The notes beneath the pieces are model-generated. The model ran no database searches, had not been told where the DNA came from, and saw nothing but the letters and a program-made list of their open reading frames with translations. Below, piece after piece: positions 1 to 10,900 of a stretch of 64,000 bases of DNA. Every line of letters starts with the position of its first letter. Positions within the stretch are counted from its first letter, which is position 1. The translations under genes and the position numbers were made by a program. The DNA is from Candidatus Hydrothermus pacificus. Lineage in GTDB: Bacteria > Hydrothermota > Hydrothermia > Hydrothermales > Hydrothermaceae. The stretch is taken from the NCBI GenBank assembly GCA_002011615.1, contig MTOH01000001.1, positions 134,549 to 198,548 of the forward strand, read 5' to 3'.

Positions 1-939
1 ATATGAAAAAATCAGGATCAGAGATAGATTGATAAAATGCACAGTAATGAGCTGTATGTTTTCATATATTTTTCTAAAATGGAATCTGGTAATATAATAA
101 AAAATAAGAAAAATAAGGGCAAATACTACAAAGATATAAAATTTCCTCAGAATCACATCTTTTGCCCCATACCCTTTATAAATTAACTGGTTTAAGACAA
201 AAAGTTTTTCCTCTATCTCCGGTGTAACCTTTTCATGAGCTCCTATAATTTTTTCACCTTCAAGAACAATTCCTTTAAAAGGTATAACAGATAACTCTAC
301 TTCTTTTTGCTTTTTTTCTGTCAGTTCAAAATTAAATCTGTAATTTGGTTTAAAAGTGGCAAAAAAAGCTTCGTAAAAAATACTCTGAAGATGATTATTT
401 CCGGGGTATAATGTTTTACTTCTTTTATTAACAAAGTTTTTTACATCCAGGGTATCCATAAGCCCCTGAATATCCACCAATCTCTGTGTGCCATTTTCAA
501 TAACAATTGCTTTGTCTCCATATTTTTTTAAGACATTTTTATCCATTATTATTATTTTTTCACTCAGTTCTTTTTGCAATTTTCTTAAATTTGAAAGCAG
601 TTTTTTTTCTTCATTTTTTGAAAGGGAATTCTTTATCTCTATCTTTTCTATATTCTTAAAGGACTCCTCTACTTTAACTATATAAGGTTTAACTCTGCTT
701 CTGGCAATTTGTTTTTCCTTTTCTATATCTTCTTTTTTCTTGGGAATCTGAAAAGTAACGGGCGAAATAACATCATAAGGAGCTATTTCACCCGTTTCAA
801 AATACACTTTTTTCAGACCACTTTTATGAGTTGGATGAAGCAAAGTGGCAAGCAAAATAAACCCTGTTGAAATCAGAAGCTTATAAAAGGTAGTTTTTTT
901 TAAACTATTTTGTTCTTTCTTTATCTTCGTATTTTTCAT
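1..939 (-). CDS. 7TM receptor with intracellular HD hydrolase (PgpH/YqfF-like), N-terminal part; 3' end of gene lies beyond the window
   Basis: Hand translation of the minus strand gives MKNTKIKKEQNSLKKTTFYKLLISTGFILLATLL (N-terminal TM helix), then ~250 aa hydrophilic, then new hydrophobic helices. The frame is open to position 1. It lies immediately downstream of phoH, as in the conserved phoH-yqfF(pgpH)-ybeY arrangement. The ATG at 939 overlaps the phoH 3' end in a different frame. Not in the ORF track, because the track only lists complete ORFs. Confidence 0.4.
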   Translation of the reverse strand, partial: MKNTKIKKEQNSLKKTTFYKLLISTGFILLATLLHPTHKSGLKKVYFETGEIAPYDVISPVTFQIPKKKEDIEKEKQIARSRVKPYIVKVEESFKNIEKIEIKNSLSKNEEKKLLSNLRKLQKELSEKIIIMDKNVLKKYGDKAIVIENGTQRLVDIQGLMDTLDVKNFVNKRSKTLYPGNNHLQSIFYEAFFATFKPNYRFNFELTEKKQKEVELSVIPFKGIVLEGEKIIGAHEKVTPEIEEKLFVLNQLIYKGYGAKDVILRKFYIFVVFALIFLIFYYITRFHFRKIYENIQLITVHFINLSLILIFSY

Positions 940-1879
940 AAGCCTCTATTATCTTTTTTACAATCGGGTGCCTTACCACATCATTTTTGTCAAAGGTGCA
1001 AAAATCTATTCCTTCTATATTTTTTAAAATATCCATTGCTATTTTCATACCTGAAGGAATACTTCTGGGAAGGTCAATCTGGGTAATATCTCCTGTAACA
1101 GCAACCTTTGTGAATGTACCAATTCTTGTCAGAAACATTTTCATCTGTAAGGAGGTGGTATTTTGAGCCTCATCCAGAATTATAAAAGCATTGGACAGTG
1201 TTCTGCCTCTCATATAAGCAATAGGGGCTATTTCTATTATTCCCGCATCTGTATATTTTCTTATTTTATCAAAGGGAAACATTTGAAAAAGGGCATCGTA
1301 AAGAGGTGTTAAATAGGGTGCCACCTTTTCTTTGTAATCACCCGGAAGGTACCCAAGAGACTCCCCTGCTTCAATAGCAGGTCGGGTAAGGACAATTCTT
1401 TCAACCTTCCTGGACCTCAGAAATTCTATTGCAACTGCAACAGCGAGAAATGTCTTGCCTGTTCCTGCAGGACCAATCGCAAAAACAATATCCTTAGTTC
1501 TCAGTGCTTCTACATATCTCGCTTGATTTTTTGACTTTGGATAGATTATCTTTTTAGGGGTTATTATGTATTCTTTTTCCTGTTTATCTGTCTCGCCTCT
1601 CTTAGCTCTATCAACTGCTGAAATTATTTCTTCCTTTTCCATAAAATTTCCCTCCCTTGCTTCTTTCTTCAAAATCTCAAAGGTTTTTTTCAAAATTTCA
1701 AATTCTTTCTCATCACCCTGAAAAAAAAGCTCTTCTCCCCTTATGTATATTTTACCATTAAAAACTTCCTTAAGGGTTTGTAAATTCTTATTTGCAAGCC
1801 CCAGAATTTCTTTTAAGGGGCTTTTCTTTAAAGAGATTATTCCCTCCATCTTATAAAAATAAACAAAAAGGGGACACAC
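905..1879 (-). CDS. phoH: PhoH-like ATPase
   Basis: Walker A GPAGTGKT, then ...RIVLTRPAIEAGESLGYLPGD... and DEAQNTT; 324 aa, the typical PhoH/YbeZ core. Confidence 0.9.
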   Translation of the reverse strand: MCPLFVYFYKMEGIISLKKSPLKEILGLANKNLQTLKEVFNGKIYIRGEELFFQGDEKEFEILKKTFEILKKEAREGNFMEKEEIISAVDRAKRGETDKQEKEYIITPKKIIYPKSKNQARYVEALRTKDIVFAIGPAGTGKTFLAVAVAIEFLRSRKVERIVLTRPAIEAGESLGYLPGDYKEKVAPYLTPLYDALFQMFPFDKIRKYTDAGIIEIAPIAYMRGRTLSNAFIILDEAQNTTSLQMKMFLTRIGTFTKVAVTGDITQIDLPRSIPSGMKIAMDILKNIEGIDFCTFDKNDVVRHPIVKKIIEAYEKYEDKERTK

Positions 1880-1917
1880 CAGAGTGTCCCCTTTTACTCA
1901 ATTTTTTAGTTTTAAAT

Positions 1918-2508
1918 TTATCGGGGTATTGTAAAAACCTGTCCAGGATAAATAAGGTCAGGGTTTTTAATTTTATCTTTATTGGCTTCGTAAATTGTCT
2001 TCCACTGTTTCCCGTCTCTGTAAATCCAATAGAAACTGGCTATTTTCCACAGGTAATCCCCCCTTATAACCGTGTAGGTTTTATCAAGACCATGCGGTAT
2101 TTTCAAGATCCATCCAGGGTAAATAAGGTCCGGGTCTTTTATCTTGTCCATATTGGCTCTCCATATTCTGGGCCATGCCTTATATGTACCGTAGATAAAT
2201 TCATATTCTGATATCTTAGCAAGAAAATCACCTGGTTTTACTTCGTATTCAGATGGATATTTGGCAAGTTCTTCTTTGAGAGAATTAATTTCTCCCTGGA
2301 GTGACCCTATCTGTTCATCAAGAGCAGAAATTTCTGATCTGAGGCCTTCTACCTCATTCTGACAGGCCTGTATTTCTGTTTGCAAACTCTGTTCTAATGC
2401 CCGTAGAGAATCTATCATAGCCTTTGCCCTTTCCTCTGTAAGTTTCTCTTCCTGTGCAAAAAGAATTAAAGGAAAAACAATGACCAAAATTGCTGTAATT
2501 TTTTTCAT
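1918..2508 (-). CDS. Secreted LysM-repeat protein with coiled-coil
   Basis: N-terminal signal peptide MKKITAILVIVFPLILFAQ. Central coiled-coil. Two LysM-like modules (…TYTVIRGDYLWKIA… / DLIYPGWILKIP and DLIYPGQVFTIP). AGGAGG RBS upstream of ATG at 2508. Confidence 0.7.
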   Translation of the reverse strand: MKKITAILVIVFPLILFAQEEKLTEERAKAMIDSLRALEQSLQTEIQACQNEVEGLRSEISALDEQIGSLQGEINSLKEELAKYPSEYEVKPGDFLAKISEYEFIYGTYKAWPRIWRANMDKIKDPDLIYPGWILKIPHGLDKTYTVIRGDYLWKIASFYWIYRDGKQWKTIYEANKDKIKNPDLIYPGQVFTIPR

Positions 2509-2521
2509 TTTCTACCTCCTT

Positions 2522-2788
2522 TTAATATCCCTGTTTTATAAGTTCAAGAAGTTCAGCAAGAGAATCTTTTTCTGCCTGAAGGTTTTTGAGCATTTCATCC
2601 TTTTCCATCTTCTGATTTGCAAGATTCTCCTTTTCCGCATTGCATTCATTAAGAGTGGTCTGGGCAGCCTCCACAGCCTTTCTTGCTTCCTCCAGCTGGT
2701 TCAATGTTTCCTTAGACACACCTCTTGCACACCCTGTTACATACACTATACCTGCTACCATAAATAACGCACCCAATTTTTTTACCAT
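2522..2788 (-). CDS. Small coiled-coil lipoprotein (Lpp-like)
   Basis: Internal start MVKKLGALFMVAGIVYVTGC carries a lipobox (VTGC) and is preceded by AGGAGG-N7-ATG. The rest is a heptad coiled-coil (LNQLEEARKAVEAAQTTLNE…). The track ORF 2522..2833 starts further upstream. Confidence 0.6.
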   Translation of the reverse strand: MVKKLGALFMVAGIVYVTGCARGVSKETLNQLEEARKAVEAAQTTLNECNAEKENLANQKMEKDEMLKNLQAEKDSLAELLELIKQGY

Positions 2789-2836
2789 AAAAATCCTCCT
2801 TTTAGTGCTTTTACAATATACTAAATTATACAATTT

Positions 2837-4696
2837 TTAACATTTGTTTGTCAATGATATTGTTTTCAAAAATCCATATTTTTTAAGTAGATTATAAAAT
2901 TTTTTAATAAAAATATCTTCCCTTCTACCTGTTTCAATCTCTATCATTCTCATAATTTCTGATAAAGTTCTATTTCCGTCAATATAATATATAAAAAGCT
3001 CTATAGAATGCCTCAAAAATCTCTTCTTCTTAAGCATTTCTTCAAGCCACACTTTTTCACTCCTGCTCATTTTTTTAATCAAGGCTCTCATATACAAAGG
3101 CGCTTTAAAATTTCTCACAGGCACATCCCTTTTTGCTCTTTTAACAATATTCAATGCTTTTTCATCCACATATTTCTCAACCTTTTTCAGAAATCTGTCA
3201 CTTTTGAATCCCCTGTCAAATTTTTTGAGAGAATTAAGAGCATTCATGTGGGAAAAATAAAGAAGTTTTTCTTTTGCTTTCCCCTGTTCATTAATTTTTA
3301 ATTCGGCAAACCCTTTCAGAAACATCTCATTCATTTTATCTGCCAGTTTATACAGCTTTTTATTGTTAAGGTTCGCCAGGTAATAAATAAATGTGCCTGC
3401 GAAGCTTCCTGCAAATTTAAGAGAATTTTTACTTACTTTATCCTCGTTATCAAAGGATGTGTGGTAAAATTTATCCGGCCATTGACCGAGCATAACACAG
3501 GGGACACCTATTCTGGGGTCAATTAAAATATAGTGGTCAGAACCCCCTGAATATTCCGAAACTTTTTTCCTGAAAAAGGGTATGAAATCAGTTCCATAAA
3601 AGTTTTTATAGCCAAAAGGTGCCCATTCAAAAATAATTTGTGAAAGATATGAAGCGTAGGACATTATTCCGTAGGGCTCTTTTATTAAATTAAAGGTACT
3701 CTTACATTTCTCCTGCTCCTCACCCACCATATCCAGATTAATAGCTCCTTTTACTCTATCAAGGTCTCTTTCCCTGAATTTCAGGTAAGCGTATGTCCCT
3801 GTCATTTCTGGTAAAAGCAAAAATCTTATTGTCCTCAAAGGTCTTTTTAATGCCTCCTGATTAAAAAGTCTTTTAAAAGACCTCGCCAGCTCAAGCGCAC
3901 AGCCCGCACCTGAAGCATTGTCGTTCACAAAAGGAGCAGGATGGCACAGATGTGCAACAACCCAGACCTCTTCATCTTTTTTCCCTTTTATCCAGGCATC
4001 AAGCACTTCAATAAATCCATCCATGAATTCGCTCTTAACTTCAACATAAACCTTTAAAACTTTATTTTTGACTAAAAGATTTTTTAAATATTTCCCCTCT
4101 AACGGTGAAAGAATAAACCCAAAAAACTTATTTTTTTTCTCCGGCCAGAACGACACATACTGAAGGGCATCCATTAAATCCTCCACTCTTCTGAGATTTT
4201 CAATTTCTGCCATTCCGAAAAACAGAACCCCTTTTGCACCGACTTTCTGCAAAAAATCCTCATTCACAAATTCTCTTTTTGAGGTAAGAATCAACTTATT
4301 TTTAAAATTTTTCTTTCTCCCCCCATCATAATAAACAACATCATAAAACCCTTTTGCTTTTCCACTTCTTGGTATAACCCTTAATTTAACTTCATCAAAA
4401 TCTGCGATTTTCTTTTTAAAAGGCTCCTCAAGGTACAAAACACCTTTCTTACATACCCATTCTTTAAAGGAATTCATTGTAAAGTATGTTTTTTTACCAT
4501 CAGAAGGAAGTTTATATACTTTAAAGTTTATTCCTGTATTTTTAAGAATACTGCTACAGAATTTAACCGATTCAGAAAACCATGGAGAAACTTGTATTCT
4601 GTGGAATCGGGAAATTGCAAGCGTAAACTCTTTTGCTTTTTCTCCTGAATATTCCTCTTTTATTTTACTATAAATTTCCTCTATTTCTTTTTTCAT
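2837..4696 (-). CDS. M28-like (aminopeptidase-like, DUF4910-type) domain protein with C-terminal putative winged-helix region
   Basis: HLCHPAPFVNDNASGAGCALELARSF resembles the M28 zinc-peptidase DNASG metal-ligand region. Long alpha-helical C-terminus. Likely start is MKKEIEEIYSKI (internal to track ORF 2837..4807), which avoids overlap with the divergent ppsR-like gene. Confidence 0.55.
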   Translation of the reverse strand: MKKEIEEIYSKIKEEYSGEKAKEFTLAISRFHRIQVSPWFSESVKFCSSILKNTGINFKVYKLPSDGKKTYFTMNSFKEWVCKKGVLYLEEPFKKKIADFDEVKLRVIPRSGKAKGFYDVVYYDGGRKKNFKNKLILTSKREFVNEDFLQKVGAKGVLFFGMAEIENLRRVEDLMDALQYVSFWPEKKNKFFGFILSPLEGKYLKNLLVKNKVLKVYVEVKSEFMDGFIEVLDAWIKGKKDEEVWVVAHLCHPAPFVNDNASGAGCALELARSFKRLFNQEALKRPLRTIRFLLLPEMTGTYAYLKFRERDLDRVKGAINLDMVGEEQEKCKSTFNLIKEPYGIMSYASYLSQIIFEWAPFGYKNFYGTDFIPFFRKKVSEYSGGSDHYILIDPRIGVPCVMLGQWPDKFYHTSFDNEDKVSKNSLKFAGSFAGTFIYYLANLNNKKLYKLADKMNEMFLKGFAELKINEQGKAKEKLLYFSHMNALNSLKKFDRGFKSDRFLKKVEKYVDEKALNIVKRAKRDVPVRNFKAPLYMRALIKKMSRSEKVWLEEMLKKKRFLRHSIELFIYYIDGNRTLSEIMRMIEIETGRREDIFIKKFYNLLKKYGFLKTISLTNKC

Positions 4697-4755
4697 AGTT
4701 TTAAAATTTTTATGAAATTTAAATTTAAAAGTCAAATTCCTTATAATAAAATTAT

Positions 4756-5589
4756 ATGCGAAGAAAAAGACATATATACATATTATCAGATTCCACAGGT
4801 GAGACATGCGAGATGGTTGTTAATGCAGCTCTGACCCAATTTAAAAGTGCAGAGGTCTTAATACATAGATACCCTGTCATAAGAGAGAAAGAAAAAATTG
4901 ATGAAATAATGAGTAAAGCCCAGAAAGAAAGAGCCGTAGTGGTTTTTACCTTTGTTGTTTCTGAGTTGAGGAGAAAAGCCATTGAAGAAGGTATGAGAAA
5001 AGGTGTTCCCACAATTGACATAATGGGTCCTTTACTTTCAAGGCTTGAGGACCTGCTGGAAATTTCACCTCTTTCAATACCGGGTCTTTTCAGAGAATTG
5101 AGGGAAGAATACTATCGTAGAATAGAAGCAATTGATTTTTCCGTGAAACACGATGACGGTAGAAATGTTGAGAACATAGATGAAGCAGACCTTGTTCTCG
5201 TCGGAGTTTCAAGAACTTCAAAAACACCTATAAGTATATATCTTGCTTACAGAGGTTTTAGAACTGCAAATATACCGGTCACTCTGGAACATGATTTACC
5301 CGCAAAATTAGATCAACTACCTTCTCATAAAGTCATAGGGCTGACCATAGACCCTAAAAGACTAAAAGAAATAAGAGAGGTAAGAGCAAAAAAGATGAAA
5401 CTCCCTGAAAACTCATCATATGTTGATTTTAAAATCATAAAAAGTGAGGTATATAAGGCGGAAAGGATTTTTAGAGAGAAAGGCTGGAAAATTGTAGATG
5501 TAACATCAAAATCTATTGAAGAGTGTGCAACTATTATAATGGAACTGATTGGCAAAAAAATTTCAGAGAGGGTGTATGAAGGCATTTGA
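4756..5589 (+). CDS. ppsR: Pyruvate, phosphate dikinase / PEP synthase regulatory protein (bifunctional kinase-pyrophosphorylase, DUF299)
   Basis: N-terminus HIYILSDSTGETCE and P-loop-like GVSRTSKTP; 277 aa. These are hallmarks of the PDRP/PSRP family. Confidence 0.85.
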   Translation: MRRKRHIYILSDSTGETCEMVVNAALTQFKSAEVLIHRYPVIREKEKIDEIMSKAQKERAVVVFTFVVSELRRKAIEEGMRKGVPTIDIMGPLLSRLEDLLEISPLSIPGLFRELREEYYRRIEAIDFSVKHDDGRNVENIDEADLVLVGVSRTSKTPISIYLAYRGFRTANIPVTLEHDLPAKLDQLPSHKVIGLTIDPKRLKEIREVRAKKMKLPENSSYVDFKIIKSEVYKAERIFREKGWKIVDVTSKSIEECATIIMELIGKKISERVYEGI

Positions 5590-5845
5590 GTGTAAAGGTT
5601 GTTCAACGATAATTTTTATTAAAAGAAATGTAAAGGAACCTCTATGGTGTCCTGTTTGCAGAACAAGTATGGCAGAAATTAAAAGTAAATCTAAGGACAG
5701 AAGCAAAAGAAAGCTAAAGAAATACAGGTGCCCGGAATGCGAATACGAGTTTCTTATAGATAAAAATTCAATTCCTTACAAATGTGCAAACTGCAACTAT
5801 ACCTTTACGACAACTTTTGGAAAATTGCAGGAAGAGAGACTTTAG
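5576..5845 (+). CDS. Double zinc-ribbon small protein
   Basis: Four CxxC pairs (CKGC…CPVC; CPEC…CANC). Lys-rich linker. Start ATG at 5576 overlaps the ppsR stop, consistent with translational coupling. Confidence 0.5.
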   Translation: MKAFECKGCSTIIFIKRNVKEPLWCPVCRTSMAEIKSKSKDRSKRKLKKYRCPECEYEFLIDKNSIPYKCANCNYTFTTTFGKLQEERL

Positions 5846-6834
5846 AAAATAACACTAATTGCCATTGCTGCGAAACCCGAAGCACCCGCAGCAAGAATTG
5901 TTCTCATTCCTTTCTTTATTAAACCTTTCTCATATGCGTCTCCCAGTGCCATTGGAATTGATGCTGAAGCGGTATTACCAAACTTATGCACGGTTATATA
6001 CTGCTTTTCAGAAGGTATCCCCACCTTTCCAAGTATTTTCCTGGTTATTGAAATGCTAACCTGATGCGGAAAAACCATGTCCACATCTTCAGGTTTCCAT
6101 CCTGTTTTTTTGATAACCCTTTTTATTAAATCCGGAATTGTTCTGTAAGCAACCATATTTATCTTCATACTATCAGAATAAAAATATTCCAAATCAGGTC
6201 TTCTCGGATGCATACTACCTCCGGCCCAGACAACTGCAAGGTCCCAGTACTTTCCTATGGAAAATCCATCTGACTCAAGAATACCCCTTCTTTTATCATT
6301 ACTTTCAGAAAGCACAACAGAACCTGCACCATCACCCAGTGTAAGCCCCGCAAATTTATATTTCACATCTTCTTTATTTTTTATTTTAAAATCAACAAAA
6401 GGGGAAATTACTTCCCCGGCTGTGACAAGAACATTTTTTGCTCTGCCTGTTTTAATCATGAGGTCCCCCACAAAAAGTGCATTCAGAAAGGCAACACATG
6501 CATTTTTTATATCAAAGGCCCACGCATTTTTAGCGCCCAGTTTTTCCTGAATTATATTTGCAGTTGCAGGTTCTGTTATATCATAGGAAACCCCAGCAAA
6601 TATTATCACATCTATATCAGAAGGGTTAAGGCCTGCTCTTTTTATTGCAATTTTAGAAGCCAGCGTGCACATATCAGAAGGCAAAACACCTTTCTTCACA
6701 TACCTTCTTTCTTTTACTCCTGTTAAACTTTCAATAAGACCTTTTTCAATCCCGACTTTCTCTTCAATTTTTTCTGATTTTATCACTCTCTGAGGCACAT
6801 AATGACCTATCCCTGATATAAAGCTCCTTTTCAT
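5842..6834 (-). CDS. 3-oxoacyl-ACP synthase III-like (FabH family ketosynthase)
   Basis: MKRSFISGIGHYVPQ N-terminus typical of KAS III. Cys in NACVAF; His in HQVSI; Asn in GNTASASIP. AGGAG RBS before ATG at 6834. Not in a fab operon context. Confidence 0.8.
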   Translation of the reverse strand: MKRSFISGIGHYVPQRVIKSEKIEEKVGIEKGLIESLTGVKERRYVKKGVLPSDMCTLASKIAIKRAGLNPSDIDVIIFAGVSYDITEPATANIIQEKLGAKNAWAFDIKNACVAFLNALFVGDLMIKTGRAKNVLVTAGEVISPFVDFKIKNKEDVKYKFAGLTLGDGAGSVVLSESNDKRRGILESDGFSIGKYWDLAVVWAGGSMHPRRPDLEYFYSDSMKINMVAYRTIPDLIKRVIKKTGWKPEDVDMVFPHQVSISITRKILGKVGIPSEKQYITVHKFGNTASASIPMALGDAYEKGLIKKGMRTILAAGASGFAAMAISVIF

Positions 6835-7933
6835 ATATTCTCCTTTCTTTTTTACACAGGAAATTTTTTTCAAACTTTCCTAATTTATTTAAATTCTGCA
6901 CAATTTTATCAAAATCATCCCTAAGTATGTTTCCCAGAGATGAAGCATAAAAATTACAGGGATGCAAAAAGCCCTGAGGGTCTATGTATACATGTTGATT
7001 TCCTGCACCACAACCCCATAGCGATTCAATATAGGGAAGAGAAGTTACTTTTGGATATGCTCTGTTTCTACAGGCTATTCTCTGAATCTCTATAAGAATT
7101 TTTAAATGTTCTGGATCAAAGAGTTCTACAGGACGATGAGTCAGCTCACCACAGGGTAAAGGTTCTAAAAACCTTACCTCATCCACTTCCAGATTTTTAA
7201 GAAATTTCAAGAATCTATCAAGGAACTCAAAATTGGCTTTGTCTTTTGTTATAACAGCATTAACCATTGTATAAATACCCGTTCTTTTACTTATCTCAAT
7301 TGCCTCTAATGCCTTTTCAAAGGCAAGTTTGCCACCTCTTATTCTGTTAAATTCCTCTGAATTAAATGTATCAAGACTGAAACCAAATCCAGATAACCCT
7401 GCCTTTTTTAAATCTCTTGCATAATGCTCATCAAGACTATAGCCAGATGTTAATATCTGAAATACAAAGTCTTTTGAAAACTGCTTTATGACATCGGGTA
7501 AATAATCAACCAGTAGAGGTTCTCCTCCGGTAAGAGAAATCATTGTGATCTGCATTTTTTTTAATTTTTTTAATATTTCTACCACCTCTTTCCTTTTTAG
7601 TTCACCCTCATGAAATGCTTTGCTACTACAGTAAAAGCAATTAAAAGGGCACTTTGAAGTAATTGACAGCATTGCAAGATAAGGTTTTGGAGTAGAACCA
7701 AGATAAAAATTCTCAATTAAATTTATAAATGCCTTTTTGAACTGGAGTGAAGGTAAAAATGGCAAGAATGAATAAATCAGGAATTTACCTTCGTACATTA
7801 TAATCCTGTGATTTCTGGTCCCATCCATTATAAATTTAATGTATTTATTGAAAGCAAACCCTTTTTTCCTGAATTTAAAACCCTGAGAAAGAAAAAATGG
7901 AAAATCTCTAAGAAGCATTAACCACTTATTCAT
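6764..7933 (-). CDS. Radical SAM enzyme with C-terminal SPASM/twitch-like domain and ~90-aa N-terminal extension
   Basis: CPFNCFYC (CxxxCxxC) 4Fe-4S/SAM cluster motif. GGEPLL glycine-rich SAM motif. C-terminal CGAGNQHVYIDPQGFLHPC typical of SPASM auxiliary-cluster domains. Confidence 0.8.
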   Translation of the reverse strand: MNKWLMLLRDFPFFLSQGFKFRKKGFAFNKYIKFIMDGTRNHRIIMYEGKFLIYSFLPFLPSLQFKKAFINLIENFYLGSTPKPYLAMLSITSKCPFNCFYCSSKAFHEGELKRKEVVEILKKLKKMQITMISLTGGEPLLVDYLPDVIKQFSKDFVFQILTSGYSLDEHYARDLKKAGLSGFGFSLDTFNSEEFNRIRGGKLAFEKALEAIEISKRTGIYTMVNAVITKDKANFEFLDRFLKFLKNLEVDEVRFLEPLPCGELTHRPVELFDPEHLKILIEIQRIACRNRAYPKVTSLPYIESLWGCGAGNQHVYIDPQGFLHPCNFYASSLGNILRDDFDKIVQNLNKLGKFEKNFLCKKERRIYEKELYIRDRSLCASESDKIRKN

Positions 7934-7964
7934 GCTCTAAAAAACTCCCCCTCCTTTCGTAATC

Positions 7965-10900
7965 TCACTTCATTAAAATAAACTTTCCTCTGAGATTTTT
8001 CTTTTCAAATTTAAGATGATAGATATAAGTTCCTGGTTTAAGAACCTTTTCGTATTTATCCTTTGCGTTCCACTGTATTCTGTGAAGTCCTGGTTCCAGA
8101 ACCTTGTTTAAAACAGTGTTGACCTCTCTTCCTGTTATATCAAACACCTTAAGGGTAACCCTGCCCTTATGAGGTATCGAGAACGCAAATGTGGTTTTAT
8201 TTTTAAAGGGGTTCGGGTAATTAGGGAAAAGTCTAAGAGAAGTAGAGATGCCACCTTTTTCAGCAACACCAATCCAGGGCACACTGGTAACAACTATTAC
8301 CTCAACAAAATCTGAATGTAAGGAATTATCAGGTAATTCAGCATATTGAGATGCTGGCTCATCAAAAAGAGGAACTCTTTCATAATTTGCATGGGGTGGT
8401 AAATCAGCATAGGTGGGTGGATAATAATGACCTAGATGTCTTTCATTTCTTGCAAGATATTCTCTATCAGGTGTATAGGGCTTCAGCGTATAATTATCAA
8501 AGTACGAAGATAAAAGGCTTATTGCATCTTTAAAAGAGAATGAATAACCGTATTTCAGACTCGAATATATTCTGAAAATAATTGCATGCAGAGGTGTTGG
8601 CGCAGGATTCACGGGATAGTAAACAAGTCCTTCACCCACAATCTTTTCTCCCATTTTATGATGAGGAAGAGGTTCTACTGTATAAGCATAAGCAATTCCG
8701 GGTCTTATGGGCTTATAAAATCCGTTTACATAGAGAATATAATCCCTGGTATAACCTTCGGGTAAATCAGGTAAATCAGTTAAATTAAATTCAAAAGAAA
8801 CCTCATCTCCTGTTTTCATTATTACAAACCTGTCATCAACTTTTTCAAGAAGGTCAAGAACATCTCCGTAAGTGGTATAATTTCCTTCTGCAATAACAAA
8901 TTCCCAGTTCATTCTATCTTTATAATTGTATTCACCAGGAAGCCTGTCATCATCAGCAACATATTTTGATACTCCATAGTAATGAAGGTGTGCTTTAGAA
9001 GGTCTCAATGTAAATGTTTTTAAATCCAGATTTTTTGATTCTGAAACCCATATCTTATCAATATAAACTTCTGTGGTGTATGTTATTTTTATTTTATTCC
9101 CTATCTCAAGTGCTCTTTTCAGAGGATAAACGACTGTTTTTGAATAACCAGCAGGTAATCCACAACTTTCAAGTTTCACCCATTTTTTACCATTCCATAC
9201 CTCAACATCAGGAAATTTAACCTCAAGTTCTGCCTTTTCTGCTCTTAATCTGTCACTCTCAGGCCATACCTCACCGGATTCTATAAACACACCTGTCCCG
9301 TGAATGAAAAGATATGTATTTTCAGGTTTAACATCTTCCTTTATCTCTATAATCATTGAATAGGGAGTTTTTGCAAGTCCTTTTATCCTGCTTCTTTTGA
9401 ACGGGACATAACTCTTATCCACCTCACTTACATATTTTGAAAGGTTCCCGCCTTTTTCATCGGTTATTGAAAATTCAATTTCCCTTGCAGAAGCAATAAG
9501 ATTTAAGCCTTTGTAAGGAGGTAGTTTATAGGCTTCCATAGGATATACAGGTATATCTTCAGGATGGTCAAAAGCAATAAGGGATACATAATCAAGATAG
9601 GTTATCTCCTGTTGCATCTCATTTATGTTTATTCTTATCTTACCATCAACCTCTTTTATTCTGTTTTTATCAAGCAGCATATATTCATCAGGGTCAGAGG
9701 GCAGGTAAAGATTCTGACCGAGAATATTTTTGAAGGAGAGTCCTATAACACCTCCCAGAATTATATCTCCTGCATAGTTGTACTTTTCTCCATCCCATGT
9801 AAAAACAAGGGGGCAGCTGGACTTCACATAGGTATTCGCAGCTGTATTTATATACACATAACCATTTCCATCTATATAAGTCTGGGCAGAATCATCAAGA
9901 ACAGTGGACAAGGTCGCATCACCTGTAAATTGCTGTTGAAAAGATTTCATCACATAGGAGTTTGAACCTGTATTCCACAGCCTCATCTGAACCCGGTTAT
10001 GAACGCCTCCAAAGTGACCTATCCAGTTAATTCTAAACTTTGTTATAAGGGTTTCAGGCTCAACAATGTTGAACCCATAAAGCTGTAAATCCTGAAATGC
10101 AGTATCGGTTGCTCCTGATGTTACCCAGTAGGTCTGGTCAATATAGGCAATTGAATCAAGCTCTTCAGGTGTTGCGGGTATCCATGAAGGGTCTCCTGGT
10201 GGTGGGAAATTGGTAGTATCAGTATTCGGCAATTTCCATGCATTACACCCTGGCTCAATAATTTTATAGTAATGAGCTGCCCAGGTGGTTGTTCTGGTTG
10301 TATCATCATCCGGAATTGTATCAAGATTATGCACACAGTATGCAACCAGGTCATATCTGTTTCCAACTGCTCCAACAAGAACAGAATCAAAAGAAATATC
10401 CACATACTCATTAACATCAAGGGAATCTACATTTGTTGAATTGCTGAAGATAGGGGTTCCATTCTCATAAACATCGCAGTGGACATATATGTTGTATTCT
10501 TTATGCTGTCCCCAGTTTCTGAATCTTACAACAGGGTAAAGATATGTATACTGTTCAATTATATCAGAAGATGGACTCAAAAATGTAATTGCACCTATAT
10601 TGTGCTCCGCCTGAGGAGGAGTTCCGATAACTGCATGGTAAGCATTTATCCTTCCCCATCCATAGTCATTGTTAGGATACGGTGCCCCCTGAGGTGGAAG
10701 GTCTGCATTGTCAAGGATTATACTGTAAACCGAATAAAAATCAAGGCTCGGATTCTTTTCAAACATCAACGCAAGAACACCTGATACATGAGGAGTTGCC
10801 ATTGAAGTCCCTGACATTAACCCATAACTTCCACCAGGCATTGAAGAATACACATCAACCCCAGGAGCAGAAATATTAGGTTTTATAAGATTCCAGTCAT

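Noticed and set aside
488-685. 65-aa plus-strand ORF of low complexity (Ser/Phe/Ile-rich)
   Set aside because: It lies antisense within the coherent minus-strand pgpH-like reading frame, has AT-rich codon-bias artefact composition, and no RBS.
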